Shown: in pieces, positions 28,839 through 38,747 of the stretch | How positions within the stretch are numbered: the stretch's first letter is position 1 | Layout of the letters: each line of letters begins with the position of its first letter | Assembly (NCBI GenBank): GCA_017305715.1 | Contig: JAFKKG010000030.1 | Coordinates: forward strand, 3,728 to 67,727 | Length of the DNA stretch: 64,000 nt | Direction of reading: 5' to 3' | Source: Hyphomicrobiales bacterium | GTDB taxonomy: Bacteria; Pseudomonadota; Alphaproteobacteria; Rhizobiales; Xanthobacteraceae | Translations under genes and position numbers: made by a program | Notes under the pieces: model-generated | What the model was told of the DNA's origin: nothing | Database searches by the model: none | Seen by the model: only the letters and a program-made list of their open reading frames with translations

Positions 28839-28903
28839 TGGCCCAGACAGAAAATATACTAACACCTGGGCGCTTGTTGGCGCATAGAACTTTCCAATGT
28901 CTG

Positions 28904-29983
28904 GTGAATTCTGTGCCGCTCGATAGAAAATCTCCACCGCCAAAGGGGCGCCTGGCCTCGCTGGTCGGCTACCCCGTCAAATTGTTGCCCGGCGTGTTGC
29001 TTTGCATTCTCGTCGCCGCGATCTCGTTTGGATTGGAAGGCCTCGAGCTGCGTCTGTTCGAGCATCCCTATGTCGAAGCGCTCGTGATGGCGATCCTGCT
29101 CGGAATGTGCATTCGAGGCTTCTGGACGCCGCCCGAACGGTGGCGGTACGGGATAGCCTTCAGCGCAAAGCAGTTGCTGGAAGTTGCGGTGATGCTGCTG
29201 GGCGCCTCCATAAGCTTTGCGATGATCGCAGCCTCCGGCCCGTTGCTGCTGGGCATCATTGTCCTGGCCGTCCTCATCACCCTGGCGGCCAGCTTCGCGC
29301 TTGGCAGGATGCTGGGCCTGCCGCTGAAACTCTCGATTCTGATTGCGTGCGGCAATTCGATCTGCGGAAACTCGGCCATTGCAGCCGTTGCGCCCGTGAT
29401 CGGAGCCGATGCTGACGACATCGCATCATCAATTTCGTTCACCGCGATACTTGGTGTTTTGATGGTGCTGGGCTTGCCGCTGCTCATTCCGCTATTGCAG
29501 TTGTCGGCCACCCAGTACGGGATTCTGGTCGGACTCACTGTCTACGCGGTGCCGCAGGTGCTTGCTGCCACGGTGCCGGCCGGTTTGGTCAGCACGCAGA
29601 TCGGCACGCTCGTGAAGCTGGTCCGCGTGCTGATGCTGGGACCAGTCGTGGTGGGACTGTCGCTGGCGGCTTCGCGCCGGCGCGGTGATTCCAGAATCGG
29701 GGCGGGGAAAAAGCGGTTCGACCTGTTCAAGTTCGTGCCGTGGTTCATCCTCGGATTTCTGGTACTCGCCGCCCTGCGCTCGTTCGACGCCATACCCGGT
29801 GACCTGGCAGGCCCCATCAGAACGCTAACGGTCTACCTCACGGTCGTTTCGATGGCGGCGCTCGGACTTGGCGTCGACGTGAGGGTTTTGGCAAAGGTCG
29901 GAGGACGGGTGACGGCGGCCGTTGCGTTGTCGTTGCTGCTGCTGCTTGCCATGAGCATTGGGCTCATACGTCTATTTCCCTAG
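28904..29983 (+). CDS. yeiH: YeiH family membrane protein (putative sulfite/sulfate exporter); start uncertain
   Basis: AKQLLEVAVMLLG, CGNSICGNSAIAAVAPVI, VYAVPQVLA, KLVRVLMLGP, VPWFILGF, MAALGL. Confidence 0.82.
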   Translation: MNSVPLDRKSPPPKGRLASLVGYPVKLLPGVLLCILVAAISFGLEGLELRLFEHPYVEALVMAILLGMCIRGFWTPPERWRYGIAFSAKQLLEVAVMLLGASISFAMIAASGPLLLGIIVLAVLITLAASFALGRMLGLPLKLSILIACGNSICGNSAIAAVAPVIGADADDIASSISFTAILGVLMVLGLPLLIPLLQLSATQYGILVGLTVYAVPQVLAATVPAGLVSTQIGTLVKLVRVLMLGPVVVGLSLAASRRRGDSRIGAGKKRFDLFKFVPWFILGFLVLAALRSFDAIPGDLAGPIRTLTVYLTVVSMAALGLGVDVRVLAKVGGRVTAAVALSLLLLLAMSIGLIRLFP

Positions 29984-30082
29984 AGCCTTCCGCTCCGATG
30001 GAATCGGAACGGGGCTCCGCATTGATCCCGGCTTCCTTGCGCCGCCAAACCGGTCCATGCCGGCGGGAGGGGATACTGACCA

Positions 30083-30433
30083 TCACGCCGGTGAAAGGGG
30101 AAATCGTTCAGCGGCTTCGTGGATGGCCTGGAGCAATCCCGATGGATGTTCCAACTTCACTTCGCAGAGCGATACGGTCTGCGAACCGAGCAGATGCGGG
30201 CGGATCGCGACGATCGATCGCGCATATTGCTCGGAGGATTCCCAGGCCTGGATCGCGGCTTCGTCCTCCCACAGCGTCACCGTGATGACGCAGTCGGGAT
30301 CATTGGTGTCCCGGGTGACCCAACGCGCGAGGCGGCCCTGCACGTTCGTCTTGCTGAAATCGCGGCGGTAGAGATCGTGCACGGCCTCCCATGCACCCGG
30401 CTGGAGGCGGCTCCAGTATAGACGAAGAAACAT
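30083..30433 (-). CDS. Antibiotic biosynthesis monooxygenase (ABM)-like protein
   Basis: About 116 aa; ITVTLWEDEAAIQAWESS; AAGGAG RBS. Confidence 0.65.
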   Translation of the reverse strand: MFLRLYWSRLQPGAWEAVHDLYRRDFSKTNVQGRLARWVTRDTNDPDCVITVTLWEDEAAIQAWESSEQYARSIVAIRPHLLGSQTVSLCEVKLEHPSGLLQAIHEAAERFPLSPA

Positions 30434-30532
30434 CGCTCTCTCCTTCAAGTCGGCATCGGGCAGGTGGATGATCCACGAAACATCGCCTGGCCCGGCCCAT
30501 CCTTATTACCCGCTGCGTCCGGGCCGCACGCT

Positions 30533-31135
30533 CTACCGGACGATTTCCCGTTCGAGGCGGCTCATTGCTTCAGACATCCGCGAAAAGCGCACGACTTGTT
30601 GTCCTACCGTTTCGAGCTGGAAACGAGAAGACAAATCGGTGCACTGACCGGAATCATCGAACAGTTTCGCCGAGGTGTTGAGCGCCGCGCCCAGGGGGGT
30701 CGGCCAGCCCCGCAGCGAATGCGCAATGGATCGCAGGGCTGCGAGCGTCTGTCCGGTCGCCTGCCATCCGGCGGCGCAGGCGATCAGCCCGATTGCGACG
30801 CCGTCGAAATAGACGCGCTCGGACGAGCGCAGTTCCTCGGCGTAGTCGAGTGCGTTCTTCACGAGACCGGACAGCGAACCGTGGTAGGCCGGCGAGGCGA
30901 TCACGATGCCGTCGCAACGGCGATAGAGGTCGATCAGCCGTTCCGCCTCGGGCGTATTCGGCGTCTGACCCGGATTGTACATCGGGAGCATCAGGTCGGG
31001 GCCGCTGATCATCACGGTTTCGGCACCCTCCGCGGCGGCGGCCGCCAGACATACGGCCAAGGCGCGTTCCGTGGAGGACCCGCTGCGCGGTGTCCCGCCG
31101 ACCCCAAGGATAAGCGGTCGTTTGTTCTCACCCAT
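30533..31135 (-). CDS. NAD(P)H-dependent FMN reductase (SsuE/MsuE-like fold)
   Basis: ILGVGGTPRSGSSTE, DGIVIASPAYHGSLSGLVKNALDY. Confidence 0.88.
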   Translation of the reverse strand: MGENKRPLILGVGGTPRSGSSTERALAVCLAAAAAEGAETVMISGPDLMLPMYNPGQTPNTPEAERLIDLYRRCDGIVIASPAYHGSLSGLVKNALDYAEELRSSERVYFDGVAIGLIACAAGWQATGQTLAALRSIAHSLRGWPTPLGAALNTSAKLFDDSGQCTDLSSRFQLETVGQQVVRFSRMSEAMSRLEREIVR

Positions 31136-31592
31136 GCCGTTCTCCCCCGAAATGTTGACGAGCCTGTTCCTGGTCCGGCCACACAACCGTCGCCTTGCCT
31201 TCGGCGACCTGCCGATCGCCCACGAAGGCGGCAAGGTCGCAATCGATGCCGGGCTGGGCGCTGTCGTCCCTGCGCGAACTCACGGTCACGATCGTCGTGA
31301 CGGTATCGCCCGGCCGGACCGGCGACAGGAACCGCGCCGCGACGCGGCTGACGCTGCCGCGCGGGCCGGCGCGATCGGTCAGCGCGCGGCACATGAAGGC
31401 CATCGTCAGCATGCCATGTGCGATCACCCCGCCGAGCTTGGCGTCGACCGCATAGTGATGATCGTAGTGGATCCGGTTGAAGTCGCCCGAAGCGCCGGCA
31501 TAACGGACGAGCTGCGTGGTCGTGACGGGACCGCAGGCCGCCTCGAACCGCGAGCCGACTTCGAAGGTGGCGAGATCGGGCAGGGAAATCAT
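31128..31592 (-). CDS. MaoC-like (R)-hydratase, catalytic subunit
   Basis: YAGASGDFNRIHYD, IAHGMLTM, RFLSPVRPGD. Confidence 0.88.
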   Translation of the reverse strand: MISLPDLATFEVGSRFEAACGPVTTTQLVRYAGASGDFNRIHYDHHYAVDAKLGGVIAHGMLTMAFMCRALTDRAGPRGSVSRVAARFLSPVRPGDTVTTIVTVSSRRDDSAQPGIDCDLAAFVGDRQVAEGKATVVWPDQEQARQHFGGERHG

Positions 31593-32047
31593 GCGAGGCT
31601 CTGTTCTGCCGGTCGATAGACCGTCGTGCGGCTCGAGACGAATACGATGTCCCCGTTCGCGTCGCTGCCTTCGAGGTCCTGATGCAGGAGCTGCATCTGC
31701 CCCTTGCGGCCGCCCTTGTCTTCGACGGCGCGCAGCTTCATCCGGCAGGTCAGCACCATGCCGGCCGTGATTGGGCGAACGATCGCAAAGGAGGTCTCGC
31801 CGGCCATGATCCGGCGTCGATCGAGATTGGCGATCCAGGGCGGGTCCATCGGCAGGCGGAAGGAGGTCGCGAAGGTCGGTGGCGCGACGAGATCGGCATA
31901 GCCTTGCTGCTTTGCCGCCGCCGGATCGTTGAAGATCGGATTATTGTCCCCGATCGCTTCGGCGAAGCGGCGGATCGCGCCGCGTTCGACCTCGACGGTG
32001 AAGGGGGCGGTCTCCGTCCCGACCAGGTTGCGGTCGACCTCGCTCAC
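31589..32047 (-). CDS. MaoC N-terminal/FAS1-like dehydratase domain protein (partner subunit)
   Basis: VERGAIRRFAEAIGDNNPIF, APPTF; GTGA overlap with the thiolase stop. Confidence 0.82.
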   Translation of the reverse strand: MSEVDRNLVGTETAPFTVEVERGAIRRFAEAIGDNNPIFNDPAAAKQQGYADLVAPPTFATSFRLPMDPPWIANLDRRRIMAGETSFAIVRPITAGMVLTCRMKLRAVEDKGGRKGQMQLLHQDLEGSDANGDIVFVSSRTTVYRPAEQSLA

Positions 32048-33213
32048 TGCAACGCCTCGACGATGGTCGCGGTGCCGAGACCGCCGCCGCAGCACATCGA
32101 TTGCAGCCCGTAGCGGCCACCGCGGCGTTCCAGTTCGTCGATCATGATCGTCATCAGCCTCGCGCCGGTCGATCCGAGCGGGTGACCGATCGCCATCGAG
32201 CCGCCATTGACGTTGACGCGGTCGAGATCCGGCTCGATCTCCTTGAGCCAGGAGCCGAGGATCGGCGCGAAGGCTTCGTTGATCTCGAACAGATCGATCT
32301 CGGACAGCCGGAGGCCTGAGCGCTTCAGGATATTCTGCGTCGCCGGAATCGGGCCGGTCAGCATCAGTTCGGGATCGACGCCGACGACGAGCTGCGCCTT
32401 GAGCCTGGCGCGGGGCCGGAGCGAGAATTCGCGCGCCGCACGCGCGCTCATGACGAGAATAGCCGACGCTCCGTCCGAAACCTGGCTGGCATTTCCGGCG
32501 GTGACGCGGCCGTTCTCGCGAAAGGCCGTTTTCAGGGAAGCGAGCTTTTCGCGCGAGGCATCGGCCCGGATGCCCTCGTCCCGCGTAAGCGTGGATCCGT
32601 CGGCCGCGGCGACGGGGACGATCTGCCGATCGAAACGACCCTCTTGCGTCGCTTCGGCCGCGAGTGCGTGGCTGCGCAGCGCCAGATCGTCCATATAGGC
32701 GCGATCAAGCTGCCAGTGGTCAGCGATCCGCTCGGCGGCCTCGCCCATCGAGGGCATCGAAAAGCGGCGCACCAGCTCTTCCGGATGGCGACGGCCATAT
32801 TTGGTATCTTCGTTGCCGCCCTGCGTCTTCGACATCAGCTCGACGCCGCAGGCGATCACGATTTCCGCGACGCCGCTCCGGATCATGTTGTCGGCGACAT
32901 GCACGGCCTGCTGAGAGGAGCCGCACGCACGCTGTACGGTCATGCCCGGTACGGTGACGGGGAGGCCGGCCATGAGAAGCGCCGTGCGTCCGACATTTCC
33001 GGCCTGCTCGCCGACCTGGGTCGCGCAACCCGCCACGACATCGTCGATCCGCGTGGCCGGCACGCCGCTACGGGCCACGATCGCCTTCAAGGTCTCCGCA
33101 AGGAGCGCCGCCGCATGCCATTCCCGCAGGGCTCCGCCGCGCCGTCCGACCGCCGTTCTGACGGCTTCCACGATGACGGGCTCGCGGTCCTCCAATTGGC
33201 TTACTTTCGTCAT
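32044..33213 (-). CDS. Thiolase (acetyl-CoA C-acyltransferase)
   Basis: QRACGSSQQA (Cys), FEINEAFA, GHPLGSTG (His), MCCGGGLG (Cys). Confidence 0.92.
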   Translation of the reverse strand: MTKVSQLEDREPVIVEAVRTAVGRRGGALREWHAAALLAETLKAIVARSGVPATRIDDVVAGCATQVGEQAGNVGRTALLMAGLPVTVPGMTVQRACGSSQQAVHVADNMIRSGVAEIVIACGVELMSKTQGGNEDTKYGRRHPEELVRRFSMPSMGEAAERIADHWQLDRAYMDDLALRSHALAAEATQEGRFDRQIVPVAAADGSTLTRDEGIRADASREKLASLKTAFRENGRVTAGNASQVSDGASAILVMSARAAREFSLRPRARLKAQLVVGVDPELMLTGPIPATQNILKRSGLRLSEIDLFEINEAFAPILGSWLKEIEPDLDRVNVNGGSMAIGHPLGSTGARLMTIMIDELERRGGRYGLQSMCCGGGLGTATIVEALQ

Positions 33214-33223
33214 CGGTGTCTCC

Positions 33224-34573
33224 TCAGTTGGCGATTTCGGCCGCAAGACCGGTATGAATCGCGCCCGCCCGGAAAGGATCGTGGCGAAGCGCGCGCAGGA
33301 TGAACGGGATATTGGTCTTCACGCCCTGGACCTCGAAATCCGCCAGAGCCGCCGCGAGAGTGTCGAGCGCCTCGTCGCGCGTGGCGCCATGCGCGATGAC
33401 CTTGGCCAGCATCGGGTCGTAGAAGGGCGTAACCTCGCAGCCCGTGGCATAGCCGGTCTCGACCCTCAATCCCGGTTTCGGCGAACAGGGCCGGAACTGC
33501 TCGAGCCGCCCGGGCGAGGGCATGAAGCTTTGCGGGTCTTCGGCGTAGATGCGGGCTTCAACGGCATGGCCGTCGAGGGAGATCTCCTTGGGCAGGACAT
33601 CGGAGATCGCCGTGCCGGCGGCGAGACGGAGCTGCGCCTTCACGATGTCGACGCCGGTGACCATCTCGGTGACGGCATGCTCGACCTGAAGACGGGTATT
33701 CATCTCGAGAAAGGAGAAGCTGCCGTCATCGGCCCGCAGCATCTCGACCGTGCCGATATTATCGTAGCCGAGCCCGGCCAGGATGCCCGTCGCGATATCG
33801 GCGATGGCGCGGAGCGGATCGCGGGGAAGCGCCGGGGCGGGCGCCTCCTCGACGACCTTCTGATGCCGGCGCTGGAGCGAGCAATCCCGCTCGAAGAGAT
33901 GGCGCGCTGCACCGTATTTGTCGGCGAGCAGCTGGAACTCGATGTGACGCGGCCGCGCGAGATAGCGTTCGAGATAGACCTGGCCGTTGCCGAAGCTGCG
34001 GGTTGCGAGGGAACGTGCACGCTCGACGCCGCGGGACAGGCTGGCCTCGTCCTGGGCGACGATCATCCCGATGCCGCCACCGCCGAGGGCCGGCTTCACG
34101 AGGACGGGATAACCGATCTGCCGGGCGGCGGCGGCGAAGTCGCCTCCTTCCTGCAACAGCTCCGAGCCGGCCGCCACGGGCATGCCGTGGCGGCGCATCA
34201 GATCGCGCGCCTCGGTCTTGTGGCCCATCGCCTCGATCCATCGCGGCGATGGACCGATGAACGTCATTCCGGCGTCCGCGACCGCTTGCGCGAAGGCGGC
34301 GTTCTCCGACAGGAAGCCGTAGCCGGGATGGATGGCATCGGCGCCGCTCTCGCGGGCGATGGCGATGATCTTGTCGGCCCGCAAATAGCTTTCGCGCGCG
34401 GGTGCGGCGCCGACGCCAAAAGCCTGGGTCGCCGCCTGCAGATACGGCGCCTTCGCGTCGGCTTCCGAGAATATCGCCACGGATGCAATGTCGAGCTCGC
34501 CGAGCGCGCGGATGATCCGGGATGCGGCGGCGCCGCGATTGGCGACCAGTACCTTGTGGAACGGCCGTTTCAT
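33224..34573 (-). CDS. Biotin carboxylase subunit (stand-alone, no fused BCCP)
   Basis: VLVANRG, IHPGYGFLSENA, GGGGIGM, RDCSLQRRHQKVVEEAP, EMNTRLQVEH, YDPMLAK. Confidence 0.92.
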   Translation of the reverse strand: MKRPFHKVLVANRGAAASRIIRALGELDIASVAIFSEADAKAPYLQAATQAFGVGAAPARESYLRADKIIAIARESGADAIHPGYGFLSENAAFAQAVADAGMTFIGPSPRWIEAMGHKTEARDLMRRHGMPVAAGSELLQEGGDFAAAARQIGYPVLVKPALGGGGIGMIVAQDEASLSRGVERARSLATRSFGNGQVYLERYLARPRHIEFQLLADKYGAARHLFERDCSLQRRHQKVVEEAPAPALPRDPLRAIADIATGILAGLGYDNIGTVEMLRADDGSFSFLEMNTRLQVEHAVTEMVTGVDIVKAQLRLAAGTAISDVLPKEISLDGHAVEARIYAEDPQSFMPSPGRLEQFRPCSPKPGLRVETGYATGCEVTPFYDPMLAKVIAHGATRDEALDTLAAALADFEVQGVKTNIPFILRALRHDPFRAGAIHTGLAAEIAN

Positions 34574-35295
34574 GTGGTCGCTCCGGCGAGACGCTGCAGC
34601 TTTCCGCTGACGTTGGTGTCCTTCGCGATCGCGGCCGCGGCAAGCATGTCGGCGTCCGAGATATCGCGCAGCAGCTCCTTCAGCGAACGGAGGATTGTCC
34701 CGGAGGCGGCGAGCGCGTCGGCCAAGGCCGTCGTCTCGGCGCGGAGCGTCGCCTGCGGCACCGCCTTCACGAGGCCGAGCCGCATCGCGTCGTCTGCCGA
34801 GACCGGCTTGGCAGTGGCCAGGATCTCGAAGGCGCGCGCGTACCCGACGCGGCGCAGCAGGGGAGGTGCCACGAGAGCCGGTATCATGCCGTGGCGGATT
34901 TCGGGGAAGGACAGGATCGCGTCATCCGCGCACAGCGCCATGTCGCAAGCGAGAGTCAGGCCGAAGCCTGCTCCAAGCGCAAAACCATGGACCTCGGCGA
35001 TGACGGGCTTGCGGAGTTGCCACGGCGCGAGCAGCAGGCGCGACATCAACTCCGCATGATGGCCGATCGCCCCGGCATCCTTGAGGCCGCTTGCTTCGCG
35101 CAGGTCGGCTCCGGCCGAGAAGCCGGCGCCGGTGCCCGCGAGGACGACGACGTTGACCGTCTCGTCTCTTTCAGCCCGCTCGAATTCGCTTAGCAGGGCT
35201 TCGATCGTACGGTGATTCAGCGCGTTCCGTTTGTCCGGCCGGTTCAGCACCAATCGGCGCACCGCGCCGCTGTCATCGACGAGCAGCTCAGGCAC
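34570..35295 (-). CDS. Enoyl-CoA hydratase/isomerase family protein
   Basis: LNRPDKRNAL, FSAGADL, VHGFALGAG, FPEIRHG. Confidence 0.88.
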   Translation of the reverse strand: MPELLVDDSGAVRRLVLNRPDKRNALNHRTIEALLSEFERAERDETVNVVVLAGTGAGFSAGADLREASGLKDAGAIGHHAELMSRLLLAPWQLRKPVIAEVHGFALGAGFGLTLACDMALCADDAILSFPEIRHGMIPALVAPPLLRRVGYARAFEILATAKPVSADDAMRLGLVKAVPQATLRAETTALADALAASGTILRSLKELLRDISDADMLAAAAIAKDTNVSGKLQRLAGATT

Positions 35296-36859
35296 CGATC
35301 GGCTCCCGGCCTGCGGCCTCGCGGCCGGCAATGCGGCCGCCGATCATGCACTCGGCGAGATTGCCGCCGCTGAGATAGAGATGGCCGAAGACCGATCCCA
35401 ATTCGCCGGCGGCGTAGAGGCCGGGGATCGCCTCGCCGAACGGGTTGAGGACTTCTTGCCGGACGTTGTGGACCGGCCCGCCTTGTGTGTTGATGACGAG
35501 CGGCCAGACCTGTCCGACATAGAAGGGCGGCGTATCGAGCGGCACCATGGTGTCGGGACGCCGGCCAAAGCCTTCGTCGTCGCCGGCGGTGCAGGCCCGA
35601 TTCCAGGTCGCGATCTCCTGGTTCAGGATCTCGGGATCGACTCCGATGCCTTGCGCCAACGCGTCCCAACTGTCGAACCGCCGGAAGAATCCGAGTTCGA
35701 TCTCCCGGGAATTATCGGCACTCCATTCGTACCAGCCGTCACGCCCGTTGATCGCGCAGCGTCCGAGCGGATACATCCGGCGACCCTTCTCGTCGAAGAC
35801 GATATGAGCGGGGATGCGGGGGAAGTCCTGGATCTTCGAATCGTAGAGATCGAGCGGACGAACGCCGAAATCGCCGGGGTAGGGCGGATATTCGTCCATG
35901 AAGCGGCGGCCGGTCTTGTCGAGAAGAATCCAGGCGAGCCGCGGGAGTTGCTTGCCTCCGGCCGGACGTCCCTGCTGGTCGACGACGCCGAGATCCGAGG
36001 TGCTCTCCGGATGTCCGGGATGCCACATCGGAATCGCCTTGAGATACAAACCATAGGGATAGGACGGATCCGGGTGACGGAAGCCGTAAGGTCCGTGATA
36101 GTGCCACATGTGCCAGAGCGCGGCCCCGACCTCCTGGGCCATCGCGATACCGTCGCCCGTATTGCCGAGGAACGAAGCCGGGATCACGGGATCGGCCTGC
36201 AGGAAATTCTGCTTCATTTCGGAATTCGCCTCGAAGCCGCCACAGGCGAGAATGACGCCGCGTCGCGCGCGAACGCGGCGCTGCTGTCCGTCCGCTTCGA
36301 CCACGACGCCGCAGACCCTGGCTCCCTCGCGGATCAGGCGCCGGACCGGGTGTCCCAGGTGGACGGCAATGGCGCGGGTCTGCATATTGTCTTCGAGGAC
36401 CTTGAACAGTCGGCATCCCGGCCGAATTCCGCGCACCGCGTGGAAGGAGGACGCGCCTTCGATCGCCGGGACCTCCGCCACCTCGCAGTAACCGAGCGCT
36501 TCCGAACCCGGCAGCGGATAATTGCCTCTTGCCGGCGTGACCTTCACGGTGGCACCGCTCACCTCGGCAAGCGTGCGCACCCAGTCGGAGACTTCTGTCA
36601 TGCCGTCCGCAAGGACGCGCAGCAGGTCATCCGGCGTCCGTCCGCCGCAGGTCGCCTTGAGATAGTCGAAAGCGGCATCGGCCTCGAATGCGATACGGAT
36701 TCCGCCGGCCGACACGATCGAGAGACCGCCGGGATCGGGCATCTTCTCAAAGACGGCGACCTGCGCTCCGGCATCGTGCGCCGCGATGGCAGCAGCCGCT
36801 CCCGCGGCGCCGAGGCCGACCACGACGACATCGACTTCCAGCTCCGTCATGTCTGTCAC
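35288..36859 (-). CDS. FAD-dependent oxidoreductase, FAD_binding_2 family (3-ketosteroid dehydrogenase/fumarate reductase flavoprotein-like)
   Basis: DVVVVGLGAAG, VILACGGFEAN, NTGDGIAMA, NTQGGP, IPGLYAAGE, GGNLAECM. Confidence 0.85.
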   Translation of the reverse strand: MTDMTELEVDVVVVGLGAAGAAAAIAAHDAGAQVAVFEKMPDPGGLSIVSAGGIRIAFEADAAFDYLKATCGGRTPDDLLRVLADGMTEVSDWVRTLAEVSGATVKVTPARGNYPLPGSEALGYCEVAEVPAIEGASSFHAVRGIRPGCRLFKVLEDNMQTRAIAVHLGHPVRRLIREGARVCGVVVEADGQQRRVRARRGVILACGGFEANSEMKQNFLQADPVIPASFLGNTGDGIAMAQEVGAALWHMWHYHGPYGFRHPDPSYPYGLYLKAIPMWHPGHPESTSDLGVVDQQGRPAGGKQLPRLAWILLDKTGRRFMDEYPPYPGDFGVRPLDLYDSKIQDFPRIPAHIVFDEKGRRMYPLGRCAINGRDGWYEWSADNSREIELGFFRRFDSWDALAQGIGVDPEILNQEIATWNRACTAGDDEGFGRRPDTMVPLDTPPFYVGQVWPLVINTQGGPVHNVRQEVLNPFGEAIPGLYAAGELGSVFGHLYLSGGNLAECMIGGRIAGREAAGREPIGA

Positions 36860-38391
36860 GGCATGATCCGTCGCTTGAAGCCGGGCACGACGCGATCGGC
36901 CGTGCAGTCCAGGGTATGAATGATGACCTGGCGCGTTTCGGCCGGATGGATGACGTCGTCGATCAGTGCCATCTCGGCGGCGAGATAGGCGGAGGATTCC
37001 GCTTCGACTTTCTTGAGAATCTCGGCGCGCTTGGCGGCCGGATCGGCCGCTCTGGCGATCTCCTTGCCGTGGACGAGTTCGACGCCGGCTGCGGTGCCCA
37101 TCACGTCGAACCGCGCCGTCGGCCAGGCCACGATGCGGTCCGGCTTGGTCGATTTGCCGCCGAGCGCGATGTAGGCGAGCCCGATCGCCTTGCGCAGGAT
37201 GATGGTGACTTTCGGTGCGGTCGCGCTGACGATCGAATTCAGCAGTTGCGAGGCCAGCACGACCATGCGCCGATCCTCGATATCCGGGCCGACCAGGAAG
37301 CCGGGACAATCGACCAATGAAATAATCGGGATGTGGAAAGCGTCGCAGATGTCGATGAACCGACGCGCCTTGACCGCTGCCTTCTCGTCGAGCGCGCCGG
37401 CGAGCTGCATCGGCTGGTTCGCCACGAGGCCAACCGATCGGCCCCCGATCCGAGCCCAGGCCGTGATCAGATTCGGGCCGTAGTTCTCCTTGTATGGCGT
37501 GAGCTTGCCGTCATCGACGATGAGGCGCAGGAGCTTGCGCATGTCGTAGGCGCGCCGATGATTGTCAGACACGAGCGCGGTGATCTCGCGCCGTCCTTCT
37601 TCGGTGTCGATGGGCGCGGGGCTCGATGGCCGGATCGGCGGAAACTCGTCGCTGCTCGACGGAAAATAGGACAAAACCTCGCGGATCGCGGCGATGCTGT
37701 CGGCATCCGTCTCACCGAGATGGTCGGCGAGGCCGCGCTCGGTCGCCACCTTGTCGGCGCCGCCGATCTCTTCGGCACTGACCTCGAGGCCGATGCCGAC
37801 GCGCACCACGGCGGGACCCGACATTCCCATGAAGCCGGTTCGTGTGATGGTGACGAAATCGGATTGCGCTGCCGTGAAGGACGGTCCGCCGAAACAGGCG
37901 CCCATCAGGCCCGCCACCTGCGGCACCACGCCCGAGAGCAGAAAATGTTCGCGGAAGCGGACGCCCATGCCCGCGGCGACCGCGCCGTTGTTCTCCTGGA
38001 AACGCCCGGCGCCAGCCTCCTGCAACGCGATGAAGGGCTTGCGATGCGCAAGGGCGAGTTCGCGAATCCGCGCAATCTTTGCTTCCGCCACCCGTCCGCG
38101 GGTGCCGGCGAGAACGGTGGCATCCTCGGACACCACGTAGACGATCCGTCCGTCGATCCGCCCCGAACCTGCCACGAGACCGTCCGCCGGGGTCCGGTCG
38201 CGCAGGCCAGGATGCTGACTGCGACCCTGGACACCGATTTCCTGGAAGCTCCCGTTATCGAGGAGCAAATCGAGACGCTCCCGCGCGCTGAGCTTTCCCG
38301 CGGCGTGCAGACGTTCGAGAGCCTCCGGGCCGCCCATGAGTCGGGCCACCCTTCTTCTCTCGGCAAGTTCCTCCTCGGTCGCTTTATCCAT
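36856..38391 (-). CDS. Acyl-CoA carboxylase carboxyltransferase subunit (PccB/LiuB-like)
   Basis: GKLSARERLDLLLD, PADGLVAG, AGTRG, VANQP, DCPGFLVG, IDDVIHPAETR. Confidence 0.9.
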   Translation of the reverse strand: MDKATEEELAERRRVARLMGGPEALERLHAAGKLSARERLDLLLDNGSFQEIGVQGRSQHPGLRDRTPADGLVAGSGRIDGRIVYVVSEDATVLAGTRGRVAEAKIARIRELALAHRKPFIALQEAGAGRFQENNGAVAAGMGVRFREHFLLSGVVPQVAGLMGACFGGPSFTAAQSDFVTITRTGFMGMSGPAVVRVGIGLEVSAEEIGGADKVATERGLADHLGETDADSIAAIREVLSYFPSSSDEFPPIRPSSPAPIDTEEGRREITALVSDNHRRAYDMRKLLRLIVDDGKLTPYKENYGPNLITAWARIGGRSVGLVANQPMQLAGALDEKAAVKARRFIDICDAFHIPIISLVDCPGFLVGPDIEDRRMVVLASQLLNSIVSATAPKVTIILRKAIGLAYIALGGKSTKPDRIVAWPTARFDVMGTAAGVELVHGKEIARAADPAAKRAEILKKVEAESSAYLAAEMALIDDVIHPAETRQVIIHTLDCTADRVVPGFKRRIMP

Positions 38392-38424
38392 GCGATCCCC
38401 TCACTGTGGGTGCAATACTACAGG

Positions 38425-38450
38425 ATTGTGTGTATATCAAGGGACACAAT
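38425..38450. promoter_or_regulatory. Putative operator in divergent promoter region (MocR-motif site A)
   Basis: ATTGTGTG-N10-GACACAAT inverted repeat in an AT-rich 134-bp spacer. Confidence 0.55.
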
Positions 38451-38525
38451 TTGGGGAATATGATCTAGACAAAGATCGAAATTGTTAGCTAGTGATGGAG
38501 ACAGGCGTGACCCAGGGGAGCAATT

Positions 38526-38744
38526 GTGTCGACAGAGATTAAGGCAGAGATCGCCGGCATCGTCTTCGAGATTCTCGTTGAGCAAGGCGCTCGTATCTCG
38601 GCCGGCGGGACAATTCTGGTGATCGAATCGATGAAAATGGAAATCCCGGTGGATAGCCCGGGTGAGGGCGTCGTCGCCGAACTTTGCGTCTCCGCCGGCG
38701 ACGTCGTCGCTGTCGGCCAGGTTCTGGCGCGGATCAAGGAGTGA
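38526..38744 (+). CDS. Biotin carboxyl carrier protein (stand-alone)
   Basis: IESMKMEIPV biotinylation motif; 72 aa; GTG start after GGGGAG. Confidence 0.9.
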   Translation: MSTEIKAEIAGIVFEILVEQGARISAGGTILVIESMKMEIPVDSPGEGVVAELCVSAGDVVAVGQVLARIKE

Positions 38745-38747
38745 TTC

